Source: a virus (Duplodnaviria > Caudoviricetes). From it: DNA of 39,365 nt. Made by a program: the position numbers and the translations under genes. Position 1 is the stretch's first letter. Each line of letters opens with the position of its first letter. The stretch is taken from the IMG/VR virus record IMGVR_UViG_3300048861_000032, positions 1 to 39,365 of that record; one strand, given 5' to 3'. A model generated the notes under the pieces. The model was not told the DNA's origin. It was given only the letters and a program-made list of their open reading frames with translations, and did no database searches. Positions 8,467 through 17,749 of this stretch are shown one piece after another.

Positions 8467-9189
8467 ATGACCCCGCGCGACATCATCAACCTCGCCGCGA
8501 AGAACGCTGGCGCGCTGGCGCAGGGGCAGACCCTGCCTCAGGGGCAGGCAAACGACATCTTCACGATGCTGAATGCGATGATCGGGCAATGGGCGGCCAA
8601 GCGCTGGCTGATCTATCACCTCGTCAATTCGACGCTGACGGCCACAGGGGCAGTTTCCTACACTGTTGGCCCCACGGGCGCCTTCAACGTCTCAGCGCGC
8701 CCCACGGGGCTTGAGGCTGCGTTTGTGAGCCAGAACCTTGGCACGCCCCAGCAGATCGACACGCCGCTTGAAATCCTCCAGTCCCGCGAGGACTATAACC
8801 GCATCGCGATGAAGCAGCTTGTCTCGCTGCCCTATTATATCTTCTACGACGCCGGCTTCCCGCTCGGCACGGTCTATCCGTGGCCCGCTCCCAATGCGGG
8901 GATCTATGGGCTGACCCTGACCTTCAAGATGCCGCTGACGGCGTTTACGGGCCTGTCGCAGGACATCAATCTTCCTGCCGAATATCAGGAAGCGCTGATC
9001 TACAATCTCGCGGCGCGGCTCCGTCCCTTCTTCCAGCTTGAGCCTGATGGGGCCATCATCGGTCTCGCCAAGGCCGCGCTGGGTACGATCCGAGCAGCAA
9101 ACACGCAGATTCCCCGGCTCCAGATGCCTATCGGGATGAGCCGTGGCGCTCGCTACAACGTGTACAGCGACCAAGGCGGCGGCTCATGA
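8467..9189 (+). CDS. Head-to-tail adaptor (P22 gp4-like)
   Basis: 'TPRDIINLA...LNAMIGQW...LPAEYQEALIYNLAARL' motifs and synteny. Confidence 0.8.
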   Translation: MTPRDIINLAAKNAGALAQGQTLPQGQANDIFTMLNAMIGQWAAKRWLIYHLVNSTLTATGAVSYTVGPTGAFNVSARPTGLEAAFVSQNLGTPQQIDTPLEILQSREDYNRIAMKQLVSLPYYIFYDAGFPLGTVYPWPAPNAGIYGLTLTFKMPLTAFTGLSQDINLPAEYQEALIYNLAARLRPFFQLEPDGAIIGLAKAALGTIRAANTQIPRLQMPIGMSRGARYNVYSDQGGGS

Positions 9190-10607
9190 GGGTTGACCTC
9201 TCGACGGGCGCCTATGTCGCCCGCTCCATCGTCGCGAACGATCAGCGTTGCGTTAACCTGTTTCTCGAAGAGACGCCGGGCAGCGGCCCGTTTCCGACGA
9301 CACATTATCCGGCGCCGGGGCTCAGGCTGCTCTCCACGTCCGCAACAGGCGGCTGGAGGTGCCTGTTCAGCTCAAGGACGACCGGCCAGCTGTACGGAGT
9401 TTCGGGCAATACGGCCTATTTGGTCGGCAAGGACTGGAGCCTGACCGCGCTCGGCACGGTGCCAGGAAGCGGCATCGTATCGATGGCCGATAACGGATTC
9501 TCGATCTTTGTCGTAAACGGGACAAGCCAGGGCTGGCAGATCGACCTGACCACCAATGTCATGGCGGAGATTACCGATCCCGCCTTTTACGGCGCCAAGC
9601 GCGTCGACCAGTGCGATACATTTTTCGTATTCGACCGGCCGAACACGAACAATTATTACATTTCGCTGACCCAATCGACGAGTTTTGACCCTCTCGACAT
9701 CGCGGCCAAGGCGAGCAGCCCGGATCACCTCCAAGTTCCGATCGTCATGCACGACGAAATATGGCTGATCGGACGCCTGTCGACCGAGGTTCATTACAAT
9801 ACCGGCGCGGCAGATTTCACCTTTGGGAAAATGCAGGGCGTGTTCATTGAGCACGGCACGATTGCTCCATACTCGGTCTGCAAATTTGATCTCTCGGTGT
9901 ACTGGCTGTCGCAGAACGAGGCCGGGGACCTGATCGTCATGCGCGGCAGCAATTATGCCGCGCAGCGCATCTCGACCCACGCCATCGAGGCCGAGTTCGG
10001 GAAATATGGCGACGTTTCGGACGCCATCGGCTTCTGCTTCCAGATGGGCGGTCACGCTTTCTACCAGCTCACCTTCCCGGACGCCGACAAGACATGGGTG
10101 TATGATCAGGCGACCGAGCAATGGCACGAGCGCGAATGGCTGGATGATGATGGAACCCCACATCGCCATCGCGCCAATTGTGCGGCGTTCGCCTACGGGC
10201 TGAACGTCTGCGGGGATTGGGAGAACGGCAACCTCTACGCCTTCGACCTCGACACCTACACCGACAACGGCGCCCCGATCGCCTACATCCGCACCTTCCC
10301 GCACCTGGTGAATGACGGCAACAGGGTCTCCTACACGCGGTTCGTTGCAGACATGGAGGTCGGCACGCTTCCGGGATCAGAAACGGATGATCCGCCGATG
10401 GTGTCGCTTAGATGGAGTGACGACCGAGGCGCAACGTTTGGTGATCCTGTGCTGATGCCGCTCGGGTCAGCTGGTCAATATGACACATCCATTCAGTGGT
10501 GGCAGCTAGGCATGGCGCGCGACAGGGTGTTTGAACTGTCGTGGTCCGTTCCCACGAAGACGGCGCTCAATGGTGCATGGCTCGATGTGAAGGGTCATCG
10601 CACATGA
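9186..10607 (+). CDS. Tail hub/nozzle (P22 gp10-like DNA stabilization protein)
   Basis: 473 aa with 'RISTHAIE', 'GHAFYQLTFP', 'LRWSDDRGATF' and 'LGMARDRVFEL' motifs. Confidence 0.88.
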   Translation: MRVDLSTGAYVARSIVANDQRCVNLFLEETPGSGPFPTTHYPAPGLRLLSTSATGGWRCLFSSRTTGQLYGVSGNTAYLVGKDWSLTALGTVPGSGIVSMADNGFSIFVVNGTSQGWQIDLTTNVMAEITDPAFYGAKRVDQCDTFFVFDRPNTNNYYISLTQSTSFDPLDIAAKASSPDHLQVPIVMHDEIWLIGRLSTEVHYNTGAADFTFGKMQGVFIEHGTIAPYSVCKFDLSVYWLSQNEAGDLIVMRGSNYAAQRISTHAIEAEFGKYGDVSDAIGFCFQMGGHAFYQLTFPDADKTWVYDQATEQWHEREWLDDDGTPHRHRANCAAFAYGLNVCGDWENGNLYAFDLDTYTDNGAPIAYIRTFPHLVNDGNRVSYTRFVADMEVGTLPGSETDDPPMVSLRWSDDRGATFGDPVLMPLGSAGQYDTSIQWWQLGMARDRVFELSWSVPTKTALNGAWLDVKGHRT

Positions 10608-10903
10608 CGGCGCCGCCGATCGCCCCCTATTTCCCGTTCCCGATCGCAGATGCGCAGGGCCGGGCGACGCAGCAGTTCCAGAACTATTGGAAGACGTCGA
10701 TCGATCAAGCGGTCGCTGCGGCCCTCGCAGCCCAGCAAGCGCAGGGCACGGCGGATACGGCAGTCACCAATGCGGCGACCGCGCAGGAAACAGCCGACAC
10801 GCTGGAGCAATTGATTTTATCCGACCCCGGATCCCGGGACGAGACAGAGAAGCTTCGCCGAGAGGTCAGCGACCTCCAGACACTGCTCTGCGCAAGAAGG
10901 TAG
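10604..10903 (+). CDS. Putative tail needle shaft (P22 gp26-like position)
   Basis: Ala/Gln/Thr heptad-like coiled coil; follows gp10. Confidence 0.5.
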   Translation: MTAPPIAPYFPFPIADAQGRATQQFQNYWKTSIDQAVAAALAAQQAQGTADTAVTNAATAQETADTLEQLILSDPGSRDETEKLRREVSDLQTLLCARR

Positions 10904-10906
10904 ATC

Positions 10907-11248
10907 ATGGCCCTTACATTCACGCAATTGTTCGCACCAACAGTCCTCGCGGCTGCTGCGGCGGCGATCTACACCTGCCCCGCATCCCCCACCACCACGG
11001 TCCTGAAGAATGGCCGGGTGCGCTTTACTAACACGTCGGCAACAGCTGTAACGGTGACGGCTTATGCCGTTCCCAATGCCGGCGCAGCGGGCCCCGGGAA
11101 CTGTTTCCTGAACGCCGAGAGTATCGCTGCAAACGCCCATATGGATGTCGACATCCCCACTCTGGCGGCGGGTGACGCATTCCAGGCGTTCGCCTCGGCC
11201 GCCACGTCCATCACGGCCAGCGAGATCGGCGGGGTGCTATTCTCCTGA
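10907..11248 (+). CDS. Hypothetical virion protein (possible needle knob)
   Basis: 113-aa beta-rich ORF in the same frame as the upstream gene. Confidence 0.55.
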   Translation: MALTFTQLFAPTVLAAAAAAIYTCPASPTTTVLKNGRVRFTNTSATAVTVTAYAVPNAGAAGPGNCFLNAESIAANAHMDVDIPTLAAGDAFQAFASAATSITASEIGGVLFS

Positions 11249-12309
11249 TGAGCTTCGTCGGCCTCGCCCTCCCCAGATCGCGGACGGCATGGCTCTCGAA
11301 ATTCCTGACCTGTGGTGAATGGTCGTGCGGGCATGAGGAATTGCGCCACATGCGCAGCCTCGACGATGTGCGGTCATGGCTGTCCCAGCCCAATACCGGG
11401 ACGATCGAGACGGCAGCTGCGGGCTCATGGCGCCTGCTGCCCAAGATGGCCCCTGACACAAAGGTCCTCGTGATCCGCCGCCCTGTCGGCGAGGTCGTCG
11501 AGAGCATGATGGCGCTGCCGGGCATTGGGTTTGATCGTGAAGCGCTGACAAAGGGGCTTACGGCGTTTGACCGGAAGCTCGACCAGATCGAAGCCCGGCT
11601 CCCGTGCCTGTCGGTGAATTTCGAGGACCTGGAGCGGGAAGAGGCCTGCGCGAGGGTGTTTGAATATTGCCTGCCCTACCAGCACGATCCCGCGCATTGG
11701 GCGCGACTGGCAAACGTCAATATTCAGGTCGATATGCGGGCGCTGGTCAAATATGTGACCGCGTTCCGCCCGCAGATGGACAAGCTGGCATCGATCGCCA
11801 AGCATCGGATGCTGACCGATCTCGCTACCCGCGAGCCCGTGCTGCCGGATGGCATCACGATCCAGACCGAGGGCTTCGAAACGTGGCTGCGTGACGCGCG
11901 CGGCCTGTTTGACGAGCATCTGGTTCAGGTCGGGGAGGCGCCGGGCGACTGGAGCGCCAAGAACATCCCGCTGATGCGGGTGCTGAACGACCATGGTTTG
12001 ATGCAGGTGACTACTGCCCGCTGCAACGGCCGGATGTTCGGCTATCTGATGACGCTGATCTCGCCGTCCCTCACCTCGGAAAAGGTGACGAGCGCCACGA
12101 ACACCACCTTCTTTGCCTCAAAGGATGTTCCGGGTCTGGGCATGAAGCTTCAGCGCGCCGCAATCCGGTCGCTCAAGGAGCGCGGCGTCGACGAGGTGTT
12201 CATGCAGGCGGGCGTGAGGGGTTCTGGCCCCCGTATCGACGCGATTTATCGCCGTTTAGGCGCGGAAGACAACGGGCAGGTCTTTCGTCTGGCATTGTCG
12301 GAGGTTTAG
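11248..12309 (+). CDS. Sulfotransferase-like/P-loop domain fused to a GNAT acetyltransferase-like domain
   Basis: N-terminal 'LALPRSRTAWL', 'CGHE', 'VIRRPVGEVVESM' and 'VNFEDL'; C-terminal 'TARCNGRMFGY...FFASKDVPGLGMKLQRAAIRSLKERGV...IYRRLG'. Confidence 0.65.
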   Translation: MSFVGLALPRSRTAWLSKFLTCGEWSCGHEELRHMRSLDDVRSWLSQPNTGTIETAAAGSWRLLPKMAPDTKVLVIRRPVGEVVESMMALPGIGFDREALTKGLTAFDRKLDQIEARLPCLSVNFEDLEREEACARVFEYCLPYQHDPAHWARLANVNIQVDMRALVKYVTAFRPQMDKLASIAKHRMLTDLATREPVLPDGITIQTEGFETWLRDARGLFDEHLVQVGEAPGDWSAKNIPLMRVLNDHGLMQVTTARCNGRMFGYLMTLISPSLTSEKVTSATNTTFFASKDVPGLGMKLQRAAIRSLKERGVDEVFMQAGVRGSGPRIDAIYRRLGAEDNGQVFRLALSEV

Positions 12310-12969
12310 ATGGGAATTGCAGGCGCTATCGTTGGCGGCGCCGTCATCGGCGGTGTCGGAACGGCAATCGGAGCTAGTAGCGCTGCGCATGCGCAGGAGA
12401 ACGCGGCCGACAAGGCGAGCGCCACCCAGCTCCAGATGTACAACCAGACCCGTTCTGATCTGGCGCCCTATCAGGCGTTCGGCCAGCAGGGCGGCAACCA
12501 GCTGATGGCCCGGCTGGGCGATCTGACCCAGCCATTCTCGATGACGCAGGCGCAGCTGGAGCAAACGCCGGGCTACCAGTTCAACCTGTCGCAGGGTCTG
12601 AAGGCCACCAACAACGCGCTGGGCGCCCGTGGGCTGCTCAACTCAGGCGCGGTGATGAAGGGCGCGGCGAGCTACGCAACGGGGCTCGCTGATTCCACGT
12701 ATCAGAACCAGTTCAACATGGATCAGGCGCAAAAGACCAACGCCTATAACAAGCTGCTCGGGGTGACGCAGCTTGGCGAGAATGCGGCTGCCCAGACTGG
12801 CGCCTACGGCACACAAACCGCGCAGCAGATCGGCCAGAACACGATCGGCGCAGGCAATGCGGCGGCAGCGTCCTACAACGCGATGGGCTCCGCCGTTGGC
12901 AATATCGGTAACAGCATCGGCAATGCCGCCCTGATCAACAAATATGGCGCTGGGATCTTCGGAGCATAA
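12310..12969 (+). CDS. DNA ejection/pilot protein (P22 gp7-like)
   Basis: Gly/Ala hydrophobic N-terminus, 'TRSDLAPY', 'QTPGYQF' and 'ARGLLNSGA' motifs; Gln-rich. Confidence 0.8.
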   Translation: MGIAGAIVGGAVIGGVGTAIGASSAAHAQENAADKASATQLQMYNQTRSDLAPYQAFGQQGGNQLMARLGDLTQPFSMTQAQLEQTPGYQFNLSQGLKATNNALGARGLLNSGAVMKGAASYATGLADSTYQNQFNMDQAQKTNAYNKLLGVTQLGENAAAQTGAYGTQTAQQIGQNTIGAGNAAAASYNAMGSAVGNIGNSIGNAALINKYGAGIFGA

Positions 12970-12970
12970 G

Positions 12971-14383
12971 ATGGCTGTAGACACATCCACCTATCCCACC
13001 GCCGCATCGATGGCGGCGCAGCAGCAGGCCAACAACCCGCTGACCATGCTGTCGTCGCTGGCGGAGCTCCGCGGCCGCACGCAGCAGAACCAGCTTGTCG
13101 CCCGGACGATGGCGGCCAAACAGGCTGCCGGACAGGCTGTGCAGGCTGCGACCGGGTCCGATGGCGTCATTGACACCAATGCTGCGGGTTTGGCGATCGC
13201 CCACAACCCGGATGCGGCGCTCACCGCGCCCGAGGCGCTTGCGGATTTGCAGGCCCAGCGGCAGGCGCAGGTCGCCGAACATACGGCGCGCGTCGATCTC
13301 GCACTTAAGCAAAATGGCTTCATGACAAACTCGCTCGGGGCCTTGGCGGATAAGCCGGGCGTGACGAGCAAGGATGTTGCGTCGCTGGCCGGGACCCTTG
13401 TGGCGAACGGCATCCTCGATCCGAAGATGGCCGCTACCGAGCTTTCGGCGATGCCGGCTGATGAAACCCAGATCCCCGCGTATCTGCGGACGCTGCAGCT
13501 TCGCTCGCAGCAGGCCGCGCAACAGATCCTCGATTATCATCAGATGGGTCTGGCGAACCTTGGCGCGACGCAGGAGACGGTCAACACAGCACCCCTCGCC
13601 GCCCCGACCACGTTGACCAACACACTGTCGCCCGGCGAGGCGGCTTCGCCCGTCACGGGGCCTGTCAGCCCCACCGGCGCGCCGACGACGACCCCCCTCG
13701 GGCAGCGTGCGGGTATGGGAACGATCGCCACTGGCATGGCTCCCGCTGCGCAGGCTGCAGCTACTACGGCGGGCTCCGGCACCGCTCAGCAGGCGCTTGC
13801 TTTCGAGCAGGCGGCTCGCGGCACCGTGGACATGCATGCAGCCCTCGCCAACATGTCGGGCGATCTCTCGAAGATGCCGAGCTCCGGGCCGGGCTCCGAG
13901 GGGCGCAACCGCGCCATGTCGGCGATCAACGGATTCATGGGCCAGTTTGGCCCATTCGATGCCGAGAAGGTCGCCGCGCAGGAGGGCTTCGGCAAGATGG
14001 CGGCGCAGGTAGTCGCTCGCCAGCGGCAGCAGATGGGCCTTTCGGGCACCGACCAGCAGCTTTCCATGATCGAGCACGCTTCGCCAGGAAGCCAGTTGTC
14101 CAAGCTCGGCAACGAAGGACAGATCTCGGTCATCAAGGGCAACAACGATGCCTTGCAGGCCGAGGCGCAGGCCTGGGAGCGCTACAAGCAGAGCGGCAAG
14201 GGCTCGGAGACATTCAATCAGTTCACCACGACGTGGAACAAGCACGTCGATCCTCTGGCATTCCAGTATCAGTACATGAGCCAGGAGCAGAAGAAGGCGC
14301 TGGTCGGCGCCATGTCGGCCGCGGAGAAGGACAAGTTCGCACAGAGCCTGTCCTTCGCCCGCCATAACGGTCTGGTGAAATGA
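12971..14383 (+). CDS. DNA ejection protein (P22 gp20-like position)
   Basis: Ala/Gln-rich helical protein between the gp7-like and gp16-like genes. Confidence 0.7.
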   Translation: MAVDTSTYPTAASMAAQQQANNPLTMLSSLAELRGRTQQNQLVARTMAAKQAAGQAVQAATGSDGVIDTNAAGLAIAHNPDAALTAPEALADLQAQRQAQVAEHTARVDLALKQNGFMTNSLGALADKPGVTSKDVASLAGTLVANGILDPKMAATELSAMPADETQIPAYLRTLQLRSQQAAQQILDYHQMGLANLGATQETVNTAPLAAPTTLTNTLSPGEAASPVTGPVSPTGAPTTTPLGQRAGMGTIATGMAPAAQAAATTAGSGTAQQALAFEQAARGTVDMHAALANMSGDLSKMPSSGPGSEGRNRAMSAINGFMGQFGPFDAEKVAAQEGFGKMAAQVVARQRQQMGLSGTDQQLSMIEHASPGSQLSKLGNEGQISVIKGNNDALQAEAQAWERYKQSGKGSETFNQFTTTWNKHVDPLAFQYQYMSQEQKKALVGAMSAAEKDKFAQSLSFARHNGLVK

Positions 14384-17274
14384 CCGATTACACCGATCTA
14401 CTGTCGGCGGCAGAGCAGAAATATGGGCTGCCTTCTGGCATCCTTCAGGGTCAGGCGGTCGTCGAGAGCGGCGGCGACCCCAATGCCAAGTCCCGCAAGG
14501 GCGCGCTCGGCCTCATGCAGTTCACGCCCGCGACCGCCAAGGCCTACGGGGTCGATCCGACCGACCCCGCCTCGTCGATCGATGGCGCCGCGCGGTTCAT
14601 GGCAGACAACCTCAAGGCATCCAAGGGCAACGTTACGGAGGCCCTGCGTCTCTATCAGGGCGGTCCGAACCGGTCCGGCTGGGGCAAGGAAAACGCCGCA
14701 TATGCGGGAAAGGTGCTGAACTCTATGCCCGGAGATAGCGGCGATCTGGCAGCGATGGGCTTTAGCGCGCCTACCTCTGCGCCCAAGGTAACGGCTGACG
14801 ATCATGTCGACCTGAGCGCCTCGGGGATGAGTGCGCCCGCCGATTATGCGGACACCCGCAAGGAGCTCGATGGGCTCAGCTCTGGCGCCTCCACGGGAGA
14901 TACCGTCACCGACCCCAAGACGGGTAATAAGGTTCCAGCAGTCGACCCGTCCACCAAGGGCGCTTTCTTCGGATGGGGCGAGACCGACGACGGCCATCGT
15001 TATCCGATGTACGGGCCGCCCGGCGAGACGCCCGGCAAGCCCTCCGACAGCATCCTCACCAACCTTGGCCATGGCTTCCGCCAGGGGATCGAGGATATTG
15101 GAGAGGCCGGTTCGCACTTAGCGAAGTGGGTGAACAGCAAGGTTCCCGCACTTGCAGCGCTTGACGCGAAGACCGGGTTAGAGCCGGACAATCTGCTGAC
15201 CCGCTACGCAACCGACAGGTCGGTTTACGACCAAACTGCGGGCAAGACGTTATCGGGGGGGCTCGCCCGCCTCGGGGGTAATATCGTTGGTACGGCCCCC
15301 CTCCTCATGGGCGGAGAGGCGCTGCTCGGTTCTGGGTTGACCGCTGCGGGCGCTCCCGCAGTCGCGGATTTCGTGGGCGGCACGGCGGGGCGTGCTATTG
15401 CGGCTAACCCGCTCACGGGTGCGGCGGCGGTTCCACGCAATCTCCTGCTGCGTGCGGGTTCCCTCATCACGCGCGGCACCGTCACTGGCGCGGGCGGAGC
15501 GGCACTCACGGGGCAGAGCCCGCTGACCGGCGCCGAGGCCGGCGCGGTTCTGGCGCCTGCAGCGAGTGTCGCAGGCGCCGGCGCGAACAAGCTCTTCCAG
15601 GCTGCAAAGCCCGTACTGTCCTCTGCGGTTGACCTCGGCTCGCGCGCGCTCGGCCGGGTCGATCCTGAGGACCTGGCGGCTCAACGTGTCACCCAGCGCA
15701 TCCAGCAGGACATCAACGCTGGCGGACCAACCGCGCAGGACATGCTTGACATGCACGCGCAGAACCCGGGCAAGCCGCTAACGCTGATGGACCTTGGCGG
15801 CGAAAACCTGACATCGTATGCCGGGCGCATGGCGCGGGCTCCGGGCGAGAGTCGCGGGATCATCACCAACACGCTGAACGGGCGCGACAAGGACGCAGGC
15901 CAGCGCGTCGCGAGCGATATTCGCAGCGCGATCAGCGACGGCGGATCATCGCATGACACCACGCAGGCACTAGTCGAGCAGCGCGCAGCAGCCGCCAAAC
16001 CTCTCTATGAAGAGGCATATTCGCAGCCGCCAGTGTCCAGCCCGAAGCTCGATTCAATTCTCGGGACCCCAGCCGGGAAGGGCGCGCTTGCTCGCGCCTA
16101 CACGATCGCCGCCAATGAGGGGCGCAACCCGGTCGAAATGGGCTTTGTCCACAACGCAGATGGATCGGTGTCGCTGAACCCCACGCCAGTTGGCGCCATG
16201 GACAGACTGCAGGCGGCGCGCGAGGGTTACGACAGCGCGGCGGCCGACCTGGAGCGCGCCACCCGTAAGGCCTCCGGTGGGGGCTCTGCAAGTGGGGTGG
16301 CGCCGGCCCGCGATGCGGTGGCTAAGACGAGTGCCGAACTAGACGCAGCCAAGGCTAATATGGCTGCGCAGCCGCAGGGCGGTTCGCCGGTCAGGCAGAA
16401 TGGCTATTCCACGCAGACACTCGACTATGTGAAGCGCGGGCTTGACGACCAGATCGAGCAATACCGCGACAAGACGACTGGCATCCTCCACCTCGACGAG
16501 GCTGGACGCGCGATCAATGGCGTCAAGAACGACCTGTTGAACGAGATGGACCGGGTAAACCCATCCTATAAGTCTGCGAGGGCGGCCTATTCTGGCCCGT
16601 CGACCAGCATGGATGCGCTCAACCGTGGGCGCCAGATTCTCAACCAGCGCCCGGAGGCGAACCGCGATTTCCTCGCCAACCTGAGCGACGGCGATAAGGA
16701 GTTCTTCAAGCAAGGAGCGGCCGATGCGCTGCTGGAAAAGATCGCCCGCACATCCGCAGGAGGCGATGAGACCAAGCGCATTATCGGCAATGACTATGTG
16801 CGGCAGCAGCTCCGTCCGCTGTTCAAGAGCGACGGCGACTTCAGCAAATTCATTGGCAACATCAAGGCTGAAGCGCGGATGTTTGCCACGCGGCAGGCGG
16901 TTCTGGGCAATTCAGCGACGGCCGGCCGCGTCGCGGAGGATTCTTCTCCTCAGATGCAGGCGGCGCTGTCGGGGTTCAATATGGCGAAAAGCGCCGCTGT
17001 TGGGCACGCGCCCGGTGTCGTGACGCACGGCTTCAACATGCTGCGGGCAATGGCTGACCGCCGCGACCCGGCAACCAACGCGGCGGTTGCCAATCTGCTT
17101 ACCCAGGGCATGGAGCCGGGGTCGAGCGGCGCTAAAATCGTGCAGGGGCTCCTTGAGCAGTCGGCTCCCGCTTCAGCGCGAGCGCCGAGTGTATTCAGTG
17201 GGTATCGTCTTCCAGCCGCGACCATCGGCGTCAACCGTCTCATCCATAACAGTAGCGCGCCCTCGGCGCGCTAA
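14380..17274 (+). CDS. Large ejection protein with N-terminal lytic transglycosylase (SLT) domain (gp16-like)
   Basis: 'AVVESGGDPNAKSRKGALGLMQFTPATAKAYG...ALRLYQGG' SLT motifs, followed by a long Gly/Ala region with hydrophobic segments. Confidence 0.85.
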   Translation: MTDYTDLLSAAEQKYGLPSGILQGQAVVESGGDPNAKSRKGALGLMQFTPATAKAYGVDPTDPASSIDGAARFMADNLKASKGNVTEALRLYQGGPNRSGWGKENAAYAGKVLNSMPGDSGDLAAMGFSAPTSAPKVTADDHVDLSASGMSAPADYADTRKELDGLSSGASTGDTVTDPKTGNKVPAVDPSTKGAFFGWGETDDGHRYPMYGPPGETPGKPSDSILTNLGHGFRQGIEDIGEAGSHLAKWVNSKVPALAALDAKTGLEPDNLLTRYATDRSVYDQTAGKTLSGGLARLGGNIVGTAPLLMGGEALLGSGLTAAGAPAVADFVGGTAGRAIAANPLTGAAAVPRNLLLRAGSLITRGTVTGAGGAALTGQSPLTGAEAGAVLAPAASVAGAGANKLFQAAKPVLSSAVDLGSRALGRVDPEDLAAQRVTQRIQQDINAGGPTAQDMLDMHAQNPGKPLTLMDLGGENLTSYAGRMARAPGESRGIITNTLNGRDKDAGQRVASDIRSAISDGGSSHDTTQALVEQRAAAAKPLYEEAYSQPPVSSPKLDSILGTPAGKGALARAYTIAANEGRNPVEMGFVHNADGSVSLNPTPVGAMDRLQAAREGYDSAAADLERATRKASGGGSASGVAPARDAVAKTSAELDAAKANMAAQPQGGSPVRQNGYSTQTLDYVKRGLDDQIEQYRDKTTGILHLDEAGRAINGVKNDLLNEMDRVNPSYKSARAAYSGPSTSMDALNRGRQILNQRPEANRDFLANLSDGDKEFFKQGAADALLEKIARTSAGGDETKRIIGNDYVRQQLRPLFKSDGDFSKFIGNIKAEARMFATRQAVLGNSATAGRVAEDSSPQMQAALSGFNMAKSAAVGHAPGVVTHGFNMLRAMADRRDPATNAAVANLLTQGMEPGSSGAKIVQGLLEQSAPASARAPSVFSGYRLPAATIGVNRLIHNSSAPSAR

Positions 17275-17445
17275 CCGCCGCTTGGTGCCTCGAATGATGC
17301 GGCCTCCAGCGTAGACGCTGAAATAGAACCAGTACCACATCCTATTGCTCAAGCGCGCCCGGAAGCCCTGCGTCAGGACGCCAATAACACGCCCCAACAT
17401 AAGTATCCCGACCCAAGACAGACCAGCTTCCGTCTGAGGGCTCAC
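17173..17445 (-). CDS. Small putative membrane protein
   Basis: GAGGAGG RBS before GTG 17445; GTGA overlap with the upstream ORF's stop; aromatic and hydrophobic segments. The 3' end overlaps the ejection gene by ~100 nt. Confidence 0.45.
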   Translation of the reverse strand: MSPQTEAGLSWVGILMLGRVIGVLTQGFRARLSNRMWYWFYFSVYAGGRIIRGTKRRLARRGRATVMDETVDADGRGWKTIPTEYTRRSR

Positions 17446-17642
17446 GAGTGCCTCCTCGGAGCATGGAAGATCCACGCCAGAAATCCGAACGGCGCGAAGA
17501 ATATCCCGGCTGTCACAAGCCCTCCGTGGAGGGATCTCGATACCTGTTCTGGGTCAGTGGACGCGGTGTCCGGCAGGTACATCCACAAGAACCCCAGAAG
17601 CGCGGCGACAAGGCCGGTCCGTAGCATAATCCGCGTGAACAA
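17442..17642 (-). CDS. Small two-TM membrane protein (superinfection-exclusion candidate)
   Basis: GGGAGG RBS 8 nt before TTG 17642 (alternative ATG 17627); two hydrophobic helices flank a polar loop. Confidence 0.55.
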   Translation of the reverse strand: MFTRIMLRTGLVAALLGFLWMYLPDTASTDPEQVSRSLHGGLVTAGIFFAPFGFLAWIFHAPRRHS

Positions 17643-17705
17643 ATCCGCCGCCTCCCAATAGGGCGCGAATTCTGCGCCAGATCCCGTGAAAAATCCACCG
17701 CATCC

Positions 17706-17729
17706 AGCCGCCCCTGAGCGGCTTTTTTT
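17706..17729 (+). terminator. Rho-independent terminator upstream of the tailspike
   Basis: AGCCGC-ccctga-GCGGCT followed by TTTTTT. Confidence 0.75.
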
Positions 17730-17749
17730 ATGTCTCGAAAGGGCACAAA

